The notes under the pieces were generated by a model, which did no database searches, had not been told where the DNA came from, and saw only the letters and a list, made by a program, of their open reading frames with translations. The translations under genes and the position numbers were made by a program. Below, in pieces: positions 49,568 to 62,304 of a stretch of 64,000 bases of DNA. Source of the DNA: Eledone cirrhosa. Lineage: Eukaryota. Position 1 is the stretch's first letter. Every line of letters begins with the position of its first letter. The stretch spans positions 2,046,001 through 2,110,000 of the forward strand of contig OZ024761.1 of the NCBI GenBank assembly GCA_964016885.1. Reading direction: 5' to 3'.

Positions 49568-50282
49568 CATATATTTTGATTATGTGAATGTCTTCATTTA
49601 TTAATATTCTGAATAATATTAATAACTCCAGAAAACTTCTTTGTAGAGTGCTTTTAATCTATTGTAAAACTATATTCATTGTGTAATCAATGAACCATAT
49701 TAATCTTTGGTTTTATATATATAGTAGGATAACCCAGGAAGAGGTGATAAAACCTGACCTTGCACAATTATACCTCTCAAAGACAATAACACAGGATTGA
49801 GATCTTTGGCCTATACAGTAATACAGAAGACCCGCCATCCCTTGCGCACGGACTCAAACATATTTCCAGTAGACACCTCTTAACCACTATACCACCTTCC
49901 ATACACCCCACACACCACCCTTATACTGTGAACAAAACATATCCAGCCCACACTGTAAAGTGATCGTGTAGGTGTCAGGCAAAAAGCACCCAACACCCAC
50001 TGTAAATGTGGTTGGCTTTAGGAAGGACATCCAGCTGTAGAAATGTAGCTAGAAACAGTCCTATATGAGCAAGATATGGCCACCTGACCCAACTTGCTTC
50101 TAATAGGACAACCCGTCTAACCCATGCTAGCATGTAAAATGGACATTAAACGAGGATGATGGTGATGATGATGATGATATAGTTTATTCATTAAGGAATT
50201 AAGGAATCCACAAGTTTGATTAGCTATCTATTCTAGAGTTGGACTACAGAGACCGGATTAGTGAATTAGTTCTCCCATTAGG

Positions 50283-50665
50283 GGAGGCACATGGCTAAGT
50301 GGTTAGAGCATTGGCCTTGCAATCGAAAGGTTGTGAGTTCAATTCTCAGACCGGGTGATGTGTTGTTTCCTTGAGCAAGACACTTTATTTCACATTGCTC
50401 CAGTTTACTCAGCTGTAGAAATGAGATGATAAGACTGGGGTCCCTATCATTCCACTGCAAAGTGGTTGTGGAGGTGCCACGGCAAAAAAGCACCCAGCCC
50501 ACACTGTAAAGTGGTCGTGTAGGCACCACGGAAAAAAAAAGCACCCAGCACTCACTGTAAATGAGGTTGGTGTTAGGAAGGGCATCCAGCTGTAGAAATC
50601 AAGCCAGAATCAGTTCCCGTCCCACCCTTGCAAACAGGGAAAAGCGGATGTAAAATGATGATGAT
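50283..50665 (+). mobile_element. tRNA-derived SINE with RTE-type 3' tail (full-length copy)
   Basis: A box tggctaagtgg, B box gagttcaattc, central ccttgagcaagacacttt domain, tail cccacccttgcaa..(GAT)n shared with RTE subfamily 2. Confidence 0.85.
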
Positions 50666-51264
50666 TAAACTGCTGGTCTTGTGCCAAAAGTAGAAATAAT
50701 TATTATATTTTTATTATTCACTTACAAATGCACACACACTCACACGCACACATATATATATATATATTTATATATGATCTGACTTGTTTCATAATGGGAC
50801 AACTAACCCATGCTAGTGTGAAAAATGGACATCAAACAGTATTGATGATGATGATGCTATATATTTAAAACGAGGCTTATGAGCTGTTGGGATCTAGCTC
50901 AGCCCATATGTAAATCTGATATCGGTTATGTACAGGGGGTCAGCACCTGTGTATTTAGGCTACCCTATCAGGTGTGTCCTATTCTCATAATTTATTCTCC
51001 GGAATAAAATAATTTCAACTTACAGTTTGGTAAGCTGACAAAACCTTGTTGCTCTAACCACACAAAAGGAAGTTGCCCATCCTACACATATTAATGCATA
51101 GACACACACACACACAGTCTAAGGCCATGCTGGGGCACCAAAAGTCTACGTGTGAAAGCACATATCTGAGGAGCTTTCGATTCCAGAAGCAGGAACAAAA
51201 ATATGTAATATGTAATTAAACATGTATATGATGCAATATTAGTTCTTTGTTCCCTAATTATTAT

Positions 51265-51343
<79 letters not shown>

Positions 51344-51827
51344 TATATATACATGCAAACAGTCTTTTATTTTTTCAGGATTCCTTTATAAAATATTAGA
51401 AATATGTTTCAGTACCAGTGAAGTGGGCATAATAACAAACATAATAACAAACATAATAACAAACATAATAACAAACAGAATAACATGCACACAAACAACA
51501 TCAAGTATGTTTAGAACATTATACACAAGGCCAGAAATTTGTAGGGAGGGGTAAGTCGATAAATTGACTCCAATGCATGACTGGCACTTTATTTTATCGA
51601 CCCTGTAAGGATGAAAGGCAAAGCTAACCTTGGCAGGATTTGCACTCAGAACGTAAAGGACCGTAACTCTATGACACAAAGCATGGTCTAACACTGAAAT
51701 AATGGGGAATATGAATGAGAGAAACGTTGAAAATATTAGGCAGTAAGAAGTCCCTGATGATCTCATGTAATACACCTATCTTAATATGGTATTTTGTTAT
51801 AAAGCTATCCTATATCTAGTGTGTTCA

Positions 51828-54715
51828 CACTAGACAGCAGCCTGGCTGGCCTTAATGGTGACATCAGATCTAAGAGTATACTCTAGACAGCAGCCAGGCT
51901 GCCCTTAATGGTGACATTAGGTCAGCTCTAAGGGTATACTCTAGAGAGAAGCCTGGCTGGCCTTAATGGTGCCATCAGGTCAGATCTAAGGGCATACTCT
52001 AGACAGAAGCCTGGCTGGCCTTAATGGTGATATTAGGTCAGATCTAAGGGTATACTTTAGCCAGCAGCCTGGCTGGCCTCAATGGTGACATTAGGACAAA
52101 TCTAAGGGTATACTCTAGACAGCAGCCTGGCTGGCCTTAATGGTGACATCAGGTCAGATCTAAGGCTATATACTAGACAGCAGGCTGGCTGGCCTTAATG
52201 GTGACGTTAGGTCAGATGTAAGGGTATACTCTAGACAGCAGCCTGTCTGGCCTTAATGGTGCCATTAGGTCAGATCTAAGGGTATACTCTAGACAGCAGC
52301 CTGGCTGCCCTTAATGGTGACATCAGGTCAGATCTAAGGGTATACTCTAGACAGAAGCCTGGCTGGCCTTAATGGTGACATCAGGTCAGATCTAAGGGTA
52401 TACTCTAGACAGCAACCTGGTTGGCTTTAATGGTGCCATTAGGTCAGATCTAAGAGTATACTCTAGACAACAGCCTGGCTGGCCTTAATGGTGACATCAG
52501 GTCAGATCTAAAGGTATAATCTAGAAAGCAGCCTGACTGGCCTTAATGGTGCCATCAGGTCAGATCTAAGGGTATACTAGACAGCAGCCTGGCTGGCCTT
52601 AATGGTGCCATCAGGTCAGATCTAAGGGTATACTCTAGAAAGCAGCCTGACTGGCCTTAATGGTGCCATCAGGTCAGATCTAAGGGTATATACTAGACAG
52701 CAGCCTGTCTGGCCTTAATGATGACATCAGGTCAGATCTAAGGGTATACTCTAGAGAGCAGCCTGGCTGGCCTCAATGGTGACATCAGGTCTGATCTAAG
52801 GGTATATACTAGACAGCAGCCTGTCTGGCCTTAATGATGACATCAGGTCAGATCTGAGGGTATACTCTAGAGAGCAGCTTGGCTGGCCTTAATGGTGCCA
52901 TCATGTCAGATCTAAGGGTATATACTAGACAGCAGCTTGGCTGGCCTTAATGGTGACATCAGGTCAGATCTGAGGGTATACTCTAGAGAGCAGCCTGGCT
53001 GGCCTTAATGGTGACATCATGTCAGATCTAAGGGTATATACTAGACAGCAGCTTGGCTGGCCTTAATGATGACATCAGGTCTGATCTAAGGGTATATACT
53101 AGACAGCAGCCTGTCTGGCCTTAATGATGACATCAGGTCAGATCTAAGGGTATATACTAGACAGCAGCCTGTCTGGCCTTAATGATGACATCAGGTCAGA
53201 TCTGAGGGTATACTCTAGAGAGCAGCTTGGCTGGCCTTAATGGTGACATCAGGTCAGATCTGAGGGTATATACTAGACAGCAGCCTGATTGGCCTTAATG
53301 GTGCCATCAGGTCAGATCTGAGGGTATACTCTAGAGAGCAGCCTGGCTGGCCTTAATGGTGACATCATGTCAGATCTGAGGGTATACTCTAGACAGCAGC
53401 TTGGCTGGCCTTAATGGTGACATCAGGTCAGATCTGAGGGTATACTCTAGACAGCAGCTTGGCTGGCCTTAATGGTGACATCAGGTCAGATCTGAGGGTA
53501 TACTCTAGAGAGCAGCCTGGCTGGCCTTAATGGTGACATCATGTCAGATCTGAGGGTATACTCTAGAGAGCAGCCTGGCTGGCCTTAATGGTGCCATCAG
53601 GTCAGATCTGAGGGTATACTCTAGAAAGCAGCCTGACTGGCCTTAATGGTGCCATCAGGTCAGATCTAAGGGTATATACTAGAGAGCAGCCTGATTGGCC
53701 TTAATGGTGCCATCATGTCAGATCTAAGGGTATACTAGACAGCAGCCTGGCTGGCCTTAATGATGACATCAGGTCAGATCTGAGGGTATACTCTAGAGAG
53801 CAGCTTGGCTGGCCTTAATGGTGACATCAGGTCAGATCTGAGGGTATACTCTAGAGAGCAGCCTGGCTGGCCTTAATGGTGCCATCATGTCAGATCTAAG
53901 GGTATACTAGACAGCAGCCTGATTGGCCTTAATGGTGACATCAGGTCAGATCTGAGGGTATACTCTAGAGAGCAGCTTGGCTGGCCTCAATGGTGACATC
54001 ATGTCAGATCTAAGGGTATACTAGACAGCAGCCTGATTGGCCTTAATGGTGCCATCATGTCAGATCTAAGGGTATATACTAGACAGCAGCTTGGCTGGCC
54101 TTAATGGTGACATCAGGTCAGATCTGAGGGTATACTCTAGAGAGCAGCCTGGCTGGCCTTAATGGTGCCATCATGTCAGATCTAAGGGTATATACTAGAC
54201 AGCAGCCTGTCTGGCCTTAATGGTGCCATCAGGTCAGATCTAAGGGTATATACTAGACAGCAGCTTGGCTGGCCTTAATGGTGACATCAGGTCAGATCTA
54301 AGGGTATATACTAGACAGCAGCTTGGCTGGCCTTAATGGTGACATCAGGTCAGATCTAAGGGTATATACTAGACAGCAGCCTGATTGGCCTTAATGGTGA
54401 CATCAGGTCAGATCTGAGGGTATATACTAGACAGCAGCCTGATTGGCCTTAATGGTGACATCAGGTCAGATCTGAGGGTATACTCTAGAGAGCAGCCTGA
54501 TTGGCCTTAATGGTGACATCAGGTCAGATCTGAGGGTATATACTAGACAGCAGCTTGGCTGGCCTTAATGGTGACATCAGGTCAGATCTGAGGGTATACT
54601 CTAGAGAGCAGCCTGGCTGGCCTTAATGGTGCCATCAGGTCAGATCTGAGGGTACATACTAGACAGCAGCTTGGCTGGCCTTAATGGTGACATCAGGTCA
54701 GATCTGAGGGTATCT
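51828..54715. repeat. 58-bp satellite, about 50 copies
   Basis: agacagcagcctggctggccttaatggtgacatcaggtcagatctaagggtatactct. Confidence 0.98.
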
Positions 54716-55383
54716 GACTTATAAGTAACAGGAATCATTCTTTACTACTTTTGTCAGAAAAAATAAATAAATAAACATAGTAAAACAAACAAAGAACTAA
54801 TTAACCAAAAATAAAAATAAGTACAGCTAAAGAGCGGAGATGAAGCAATGAAAAGCACAAGGACCGGGTTATCAAGTTATTTGATCGCCGTTGTCAGAGA
54901 CTGAGCATCAACACTAAAGCAAGGAGACAGGGATTTAATAATAATAATAATAATGGTTTCTATTTTAGGCACAAGACCAGCAATTTGTGAGGAGGAGTAA
55001 GTCGATTAAATTGACCCCATTGTATTACTGGTACTTTATTTTAACAAGCCCGTAAGGATGAAAGGCAAAGCTAAACTCAGCAGCGTTTGAACTCAGAATG
55101 GAACGGGGCGTAAATCTTTTTGTCTGACCTGCAAACCATTCCACTACACTACCACCCTTTAAACATTCTTTCTACCATTGGCACAAGGCCAGCAATTTTA
55201 GGGGAAAGTTGATTACACTGACCCCAGGTGGATATAGTAAGGCACCAGTCATGTGCTGGGTGGTGGGGTCAATATAACCAACTTAACTCTCTCTCTCTCT
55301 GAATTGCTGGCCTTGTGCCTAAATTAGAAGAAATAATAATAATAATAATAATAGAGAGGCCAAATTCAAACAATTGTATAGAC

Positions 55384-55790
55384 CAGTATCTCCCAAAATG
55401 GATTCCGAGAAAGTTTTGGGGTTCCATAAGAGAATTTCTTATTCAATAAAATTATATAAAAAGTTATTTTATTTTTATATATATATATGTGTGTGTATGT
55501 ATATATATATATATCTATGTATGTGTATGTATATATATGTGTGCGTGTATAGTGGTAGACATATATATATACACAAATATTTATATACATATATATATAT
55601 ATAAACATACATACATATATATATGCATATACACACACACACATACACACACATATATATATATGTATGTGTATGTATATATATGTGTGCGTGTATAGTG
55701 GTAGACATATATATATACACAAATATTTATATACATATATATATATATAAACATACATACATATATATATGCATATACACACACACACAT

Positions 55791-55832
<42 letters not shown>

Positions 55833-55935
55833 GGTTGTGGTGACGACAGGGATTGTCTGTATAATTATACTTAAGGGGTTCCCTGTGATTCGTATGAGGG
55901 TTCCATGAGCAAATAATAAAGCTAGGGAGCCACTG
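55384..55935. mobile_element. hAT (Charlie-like) MITE with an internal microsatellite expansion
   Basis: CAGT...ACTG termini; 8-bp flanks GTATAGAC and GTATACAC. Confidence 0.65.
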
Positions 55936-57020
55936 GTATACACAATGTGGAAACAGGTAACGCGGCATTGAAAAATCCCTGTTTACCTGAGATAAAAGGT
56001 ATGGCCTAGATGAAACTTCAAAGATATTTAAGTTGAGGTAATATATACAGGGAAGGGTCCGTAAAAGATGTCACAGATAGGGTACCAGCTTACGAGAAGT
56101 TTAAGCTAAGGTGTAACCTACAAAAAATACATAAACAGTAATGTACTTTTGGTTTTGCTTGGTTTTTTAATTTTGTTTCTTCTTTTTTGTTTGACATTTG
56201 CTTGGGGGGGGGGGGAGTTGATAACAAACAGAAAAATATCAATAAAATATCAATTACAGAGATAAAATCTGGGGTCCTAACAATTATTTTTTTTTTTAGA
56301 ACATTGACCACTTTCATCGAACCTTTATCCAACATCGACCCCCCATCCCACCCCTCATGGAATCTTTGACCCTTCACTGACCCACTCAATTCATCGAACC
56401 CTTGTAACCCTCATTGACTGCCCCCATGGAATCCTTGACCTTTCATCAACTCCATCACGAAATCTGTGACCCCTCAGTAATTCCTTAATGGAATCCTTGG
56501 CCCTCCTCTTCCTAATCAAACTCACAACAACCACAACAAGCGTTTTAAAGGCATTTTCCCCTCTGCTAAAGCTAGAAAGGCGGGTAGAGCGTAGGGCATG
56601 ATAAACATCTTTATTTTGTTCTATCATCTGTATCCCCTTTTCATCATCAAACCCCTTAGCTTTCATTTCCTCCATCATCAATGTTTAGCCGTCTTCAACT
56701 TCCATCACTTCTCTCCTCTAGCACAACAGCAACAACAAATGTTTTAAAACCATTTTCCCTTCTAAAACAAGGGCTAACTTTGTGGGCCTCACAAGGCTAT
56801 TTTCCCCACTAAAACAGGGGTTAACTGTCAGGGCCTCATAAGACTATTCTCCCTGTTGAAACTGAAGCTACCTCTGAGCACCTCATAAGGCCATTTTAAA
56901 CATCATGGAAGACAGTATAAGGATGCTGATATGAAACAACACCAAAGTGGTGGTGGTGGTGGTGGTGGTGCAGTGGTGTACTGGTGATGTAGTGGCTGTG
57001 ATGCAGTAGTGGTTACTTAC

Positions 57021-57155
57021 AGCAGAGAGACTGTTCCTTGAGGCAAAACTTTCCATACTACACAGAGAGACTTTGTCTTCATCTTCAGCTGAAGCTGTGT
57101 CAGACTGGGTCCTACTTTTGGGGGGTGAAGCATTCAGGTCTAGATATGCTAGGTC
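57021..57155 (-). CDS. PLEKHM2: PLEKHM2 exon: DLAYLDLNASPPKSRTQSDTASAEDEDKVSLCSMESFASRNSLSA
   Basis: 135 nt, tag/GTAAGT, (CT)n pyrimidine tract; start matches human DAPYLDLAP. Confidence 0.88.
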
Positions 57156-57157
57156 CT

Positions 57158-57196
<39 letters not shown>

Positions 57197-57268
57197 GAGA
57201 TACATACAGTGAGAGAAAGAGAGAGGGAGAGAAAGTGAGAGTGAGAGAGTGAGAGGTGTTTTACTTAC

Positions 57269-57331
57269 ATATTCCAGTTGAAATGATGCAAAGTCCAGAC
57301 CAGATGTTAGAGTGACAAGAACATTCATTCT
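57269..57331 (-). CDS. PLEKHM2: PLEKHM2 exon (RUN C-terminus): RMNVLVTLTSGLDFASFQLEY
   Basis: 63 nt, cag/GTAAGT; matches human HLTLFLTLVSGLEFIRFELDL; this frame is not in the ORF track. Confidence 0.9.
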
Positions 57332-57519
57332 CTGTGGTGAGAAAGAGATGGAAATAGATAATTACTGGTGTAATAGATAATGGTGAGGAGAGGTGAGGGG
57401 GGGGAGGGGGGGAGAGATAGTGTGACAGAGAGAGGAAGAAAGAGAGAGAAAGGAAAGAGAAAGAGGGCAAGAGAAGATGAAAGAGGAGGAAGGAGAGAAA
57501 AAGAGAGAGTAATTACTTA

Positions 57520-57985
57520 TTGATCCGAGTACCAAAACCTCATATAAGGTACCTACTAACTAAAGTACCAAAACCACATATAAGGTACCTACTAACTAAT
57601 CAAGTACCAAAACCACACATAAGGTACCTCCATGTTTATTAAGTACCAAAACCACACATAAGGTACCTCCATGTTTATTAAGTACCAAAAGCACATATAA
57701 GGTACCTCCATGTTCATCAAGTACCAAAACCACATATAAGGTACCTATTAACTAAAGTACCAAAACCTCACATAAGGTACCTCCATGTTTATTAAGTACC
57801 AAACAAAAGGTATCTCTCTATTGACTCAAGTAGTAAAACTTGTTGGTACAAGTACTAAATCCACATCAAGTACCTAATCCATGCTTAAGCTCCTAAGGTA
57901 CTGCACAGTTGATCCAAGTACCTGAACTAAACAAGGAGTACCTCACATTTGATCCAAGTACCTCAAATAAACAAGAAGTACCTAC
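57520..57985. repeat. Degenerate about 37-41-bp repeat
   Basis: aagtaccaaaaccacatataaggtacct... units. Confidence 0.85.
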
Positions 57986-58110
57986 CTGTTGATCTAGTAC
58001 CAAAGCTTCCCGTACATAGTACTTCTTCACGACACTAGTATTTTCTAAGAAACATCTCATGTAACTCTCCAGTAAATTCTCGTTCAAGGCAAGAAACAGC
58101 CAGGCACGCC
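57986..58110 (-). CDS. PLEKHM2: PLEKHM2 exon (RUN domain): GRAWLFLALNENLLESYMRCFLENTSVVKKYYVREALVLDQQ
   Basis: cag acceptor, GTAGGT donor; RUN-domain RAWLxLALNE motif; phase joins the previous exon. Confidence 0.95.
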
Positions 58111-58246
58111 CTGTAGAAAGAGATAAAGATTTTATTAACCCACCTGTTAACACTGGATATACTCCTGTACTGTTATCCAGGATATAAACAAGAATTATTT
58201 CAATACTGGACATATCATTACCCAGGGTAAAAATGGAGTGAAAGGG

Positions 58247-59235
58247 TTTAAAGAAATATTATTTCAATACCAGATGTAGTTATCTGGAGTTTAACCCAGC
58301 TGTATCCGGTCAGAATTCTCTCACCTCTTTCTGTTCAAACCAGCCATAATTTGCCACTTATACTGATGTTAAGGTATTGTTCTCAAAATAAATAATATCA
58401 AAATCTCATAGATTCGATATGATGTGAGATAAAGTGTTTACCATGAAAATATAATAGTATATATAGAGTAATGTAAATTCTAAAAGGTTAAAGCAATATT
58501 ATTTCAATACCAGATGTAGTTATCTGGAGTTTAAAGAAATATTATTTCAATACCAGATGTAGTTATCTGGAGTTTAAAGAAATATTATTTCAATACCAGA
58601 TGTAGTTATCTGGAGTTTAAAGAAATATTATTTCAATACCAGATGTAGTTATCTGGAGTTTAAAGCAATATTATTTCAATACCAGATGTAGCTATCTGAG
58701 TTTAAAGAAATATTATTTCAATACCAGATGTAGTTATCTGGGGTTTAAAGAAATATTATTTCAATACCAGATGTAGTTATCTGGAGTTTAAAGCAATATT
58801 ATTTCAATACCAGATGTAGTTATCTGGAGTTTAAAGCAATATTATTTCAATACCAGATGTAGTTATCTGGGGTTTAAAGAAATATTATTTCAATACCAGA
58901 TGTAGTTATCTGGGGTTTAAAGAAATATTATTTCAATACCAGATGTAGTTATCTGGAGTTTAAAGAAATATTATTTCAATACCAGATGTAGTTATCTGGG
59001 GTTTAAAGCAATATTATTTCAATACCAGATGTAGTTATCTGGGGTTTAAAGAAATATTATTTCAATACCAGATGTAGCTATCTGGGGTTTAAAGAAATAT
59101 TATTTCAATACCAGATGTAGTTATCTGGAGTTTAAAGCAATATTATTTCAATACCAGATGTAGTTATCTGGGGTTTAAAGCAATATTATTTCAATACCAG
59201 ATGTAGTTATCTGGGGTTTAAAGAAATATTATTCA
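58247..59235. repeat. 43-bp satellite, about 18 copies, with a piggyBac MITE at a TTAA after the first unit
   Basis: aagaaatattatttcaataccagatgtagttatctggagttta. Confidence 0.96.
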
Positions 59236-59363
59236 ATATTGGACGTATCATTACTCAGTGTAGCTTCGAAAGCAGAGTGAAATGGTTTAAAGAAACATTA
59301 ATTCAATACTGGATATAACGTTATCTAATGTACCTTGGAAAACTAGAGTGAAGTGATTTGAGT

Positions 59364-59742
59364 CCCAAGTCCAGCAGGGATCAGCTGACAGAACCTAAAT
59401 TCCCAAGTTCAGCAGGGTTCAACTGACAAAACCTAAAATCCCAAGTTCAGCAGGGTTCAGCTAACAGAACCTAAAATCTCAAGTTCAGCAGGGTTCAGCT
59501 AACAGAACCTAAAATCCCAAGTTCAGCAGGGTTCAGCTGACAGAACCTAAATTCCCAAGTTCAGCAGGGTTCAGCTAACAGAACCTAAAATCTCAAGTTC
59601 AGCAGGGTTCAGCTAACAGAACCTAAAATCCCAAGTTCAGCAGGGTTCAGCTGACAGAACCTAAATTCCCAAGTTCAACAGGGTTCAGCTAACAGAACCT
59701 AAAATCTCAAGTTCAGCAGAGTTCAGCTGACAGAACCTAAAA
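59364..59742. repeat. 38-bp minisatellite, about 10 copies
   Basis: aagttcagcagggttcagctaacagaacctaaaatccc. Confidence 0.96.
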
Positions 59743-59825
59743 TGAGCCCCTGCTTAGATTTATGGAATCCACCCACCCTTGACTTCAAAAAACTAGGTTT
59801 GTTTTCAGCCTGGGATGTGACTTAC

Positions 59826-59935
59826 CTCGGCCTAAATCTGTCGTTATCTTCTGTAGAAGTTTTATTTCCTTAACAGCTTCCTTCCGTGTAAACTCGGTGA
59901 CCAGCTTCCAATAGCCATGGGTGATGTGACGCAAA
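59826..59935 (-). CDS. PLEKHM2: PLEKHM2/SKIP exon (RUN domain, first exon seen in window): LRHITHGYWKLVTEFTRKEAVKEIKLLQKITTDLGR
   Basis: AG acceptor (catag) and GTAAGT donor; peptide matches recalled human PLEKHM2 LQDLSSGYWVLVVHFTRREAIKQIEVLQHVATNLGR; phase 2 in, phase 1 out. Confidence 0.92.
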
Positions 59936-59959
59936 CTATGGGATATAAGGAATATTACC

Positions 59960-61315
59960 ATTATTATCATCATCATTATTTTGTGCATTTTCACTGTATT
60001 ACCGAGCACAGCTGTGTGTGCCTTGGCTATGTGCAGTGTAGTTTTTGCTGATGTTGTTTCTATTGTATTGACAGTACTTTTCATATGTGTGCAGTGCCTA
60101 GTAGTACTATCTTTTGTATGTTGTATATATTTGTAAGTCCTGTGGTACTCTATATAATATATATACAGTGCCTAGTAGTACTATCTTTTGTATGCTGTGT
60201 ATATATGTAAATCCTGTGGTACTCTATATAATATATATACAGTACCTAGTAGTACTATCTTTTGTATGTTGTATATATATGTAAGTCCTGTGGTACTCTA
60301 TATAATATATATACAGTGCCTAGTAGTACTATCTTTTGTATGCTGTGTATATATGTAAATCCTGTGGTACTCTATATAATATATATACAGTACCTAGTAG
60401 TACTATCTTTTGTATGTTGTATATATATGTAAGTCCTGTGGTACTCTATATAATATATATACAGTACCTAGTAGTACTATCTTTTGTATGTTGTATATAT
60501 ATGTAAGTCCTGTGGTACTCTATATAATATATATACAGTACCTAGTAGTACTATCTTTTGTATGTTGTATATATATGTAAGTCCTGTGGTACTCTATATA
60601 ATATATATACAGTACCTAGTAGTACTATCTTTTGTATGTTGTATATATATGTAAGTCCTGTGGTACTCTATATAATATATATATAGTACCTAGTAATACT
60701 ATCTTTTGTATGCTGTGTATATATGTAAATCCTGTGGTACTCTATATAATATATATACAGTGCCTAGTAGTATTATCTTTTGTATGTTGTATATATATGT
60801 AAGTCCTGTGGTACTCTATATAATATATATATAGTACCTAGTAATACTATCTTTTGTATGCTGTGTATATATGTAAATCCTGTGGTACTCTATATAATAT
60901 ATATACAGTGCCTAGTAGTATTATCTTTTGTATGTTGTATATATATATGTAAATCCTGTAATTTTGGTTATGTATTTGTCTGTGTTTTTTTATCATTCCT
61001 AGAGCACCTATTATTATAGGTATTGTTTCTGTTTTCATTTTCCACATTCGAGTTATTTCTATCTCTAGATCTTTATATTTGGAGAGTTTCTCTATTTCCT
61101 TGGGCGATATATTGTCGTCTGTGGGGATTGATACATTTATTAGAAGGCATTTTTTTTCTTTGTAATCTTTGACTATATCTTATTAGTTAGCTTTGATCTG
61201 CCTGTCTGTATGTATTGGTATATCCCAGAGAATGGTTGTTTTGTCATTCTCTGACACTTTTTCTGGTGTGTATCTGTACCATCTTTTGACAGTTGGTATT
61301 TTATAATATTTTATT
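59960..61315 (-). mobile_element. R4/Dong-like non-LTR element 3' fragment (restriction-like endonuclease) with an internal satellite
   Basis: Hand translation of about 60980-61300: PEKVSENDKTTILWDIPIHTDRQIKAN...EKLSKYKDLEIEITRMWKMKTETIPIIIGALG..IQKIxLLGT; (TAA/TGA)n-like ends. Confidence 0.8.
60092..60960. repeat. About 74-bp satellite, about 12 copies
   Basis: cagtacctagtagtactatcttttgtatgttgtatatatatgtaagtcctgtggtactctatataatatatata. Confidence 0.96.
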
Positions 61316-61334
61316 CTATTATTACTATTAGTAT

Positions 61335-61630
61335 CGGTAGAGGGTCGGACGTCATGCTTTAACGCATAGAGTTACGGCCATTTCCATTCTGAGTTCAAAT
61401 CCCGCCGAGGTCAACTTTGCCTTTCATCCTTACGGGGCCGATAAAATAAAGTACCAGTAATGTACTGGGATAATTGCTGGCCTTGTGCCAAAAGTAGAAA
61501 CAATCATTATTATTATTACGGGGTCAATAAATAAAGTACCAGTAATGCACTGAAGGTTGATTTAATCGACTTTCCCCTCCCCTTCAAATTGCTGGCCTTG
61601 TGTCTAAAGTAGAAACAATTATTATTATTA
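61335..61630 (+). mobile_element. Second SINE family (ctgagttcaaatcccgccgaggtcaactttgcctttcatcc...ctggccttgtgcc-(ATT)n), two adjacent pieces
   Basis: B-box-like gagttcaaatc; minus-strand copies at about 12935-13040, 17060-17415 (x2), 27322-27480, 51525-51690 and 54955-55160. Confidence 0.8.
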
Positions 61631-62304
61631 AGTGAAAATCTAGATTGATTAACTTAGCATAATTCATAGTAGAGGTGTATATGAAGGAATATATATGTTT
61701 ATCATATATAAACACATACAAATCTCACTAGGAGTGTTTTAAACACTGATCATGTCACAGTACTTCAGACACTAATATTTCAGGATTTTTTATCCATCAT
61801 CAGCAACGTTTACTCACTCTATACTTAGAGACGAATAAGCTATAGCTTATCATCATCATCATTATCATTTAACATCCATTTTCCATGCTAGCATGGGCAG
61901 GATGAGCTATCCCATTGGGAGAGATCAGGTCGGAGGACCATGTTTCGCTCACACGGGGCTGATTTTGGCTAGGTTTCTACAGCTGGATGCCCTTCCTAAC
62001 ACCAACCACATTTACAGCATGGACTGGGCACTTTTTGTCATGTCGGCAACACAGCCACTTAACAGTCTGCGCTGGGCGCTTTTATCTTGACACATATATG
62101 ACCAATATACAGTGTGGGCTGGGCACTTTTGTCATGACTTATACATATATATAAATGAAAATCTCATTACTGATTTCTACCTCGTGGTGAACAGTTGAAT
62201 TCCACTACTGTAGGCTTTCTGATGAATTGCAATAAATAATTAAGCATTGCATATGATTGAACAATATATATTATAGTCAGCATATGTAGACTATTATAAT
62301 AGAT

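Noticed and set aside
50283-50355. tRNA-like sequences (also about 4245-4320, 10875-10935, 15780-15850, 35912-35980)
   Set aside because: A/B boxes present but no complete cloverleaf, and they continue into SINE bodies; these are SINE heads.
56391-56681. 96-aa minus-strand ORF as a possible extra exon
   Set aside because: No recognisable homology or convincing splice sites; flanking exons already join in phase.
62214-62275. CTGATGA followed by a tgcaat/attgca hairpin
   Set aside because: No GAAA or stem III in the right position; at best a decayed hammerhead.
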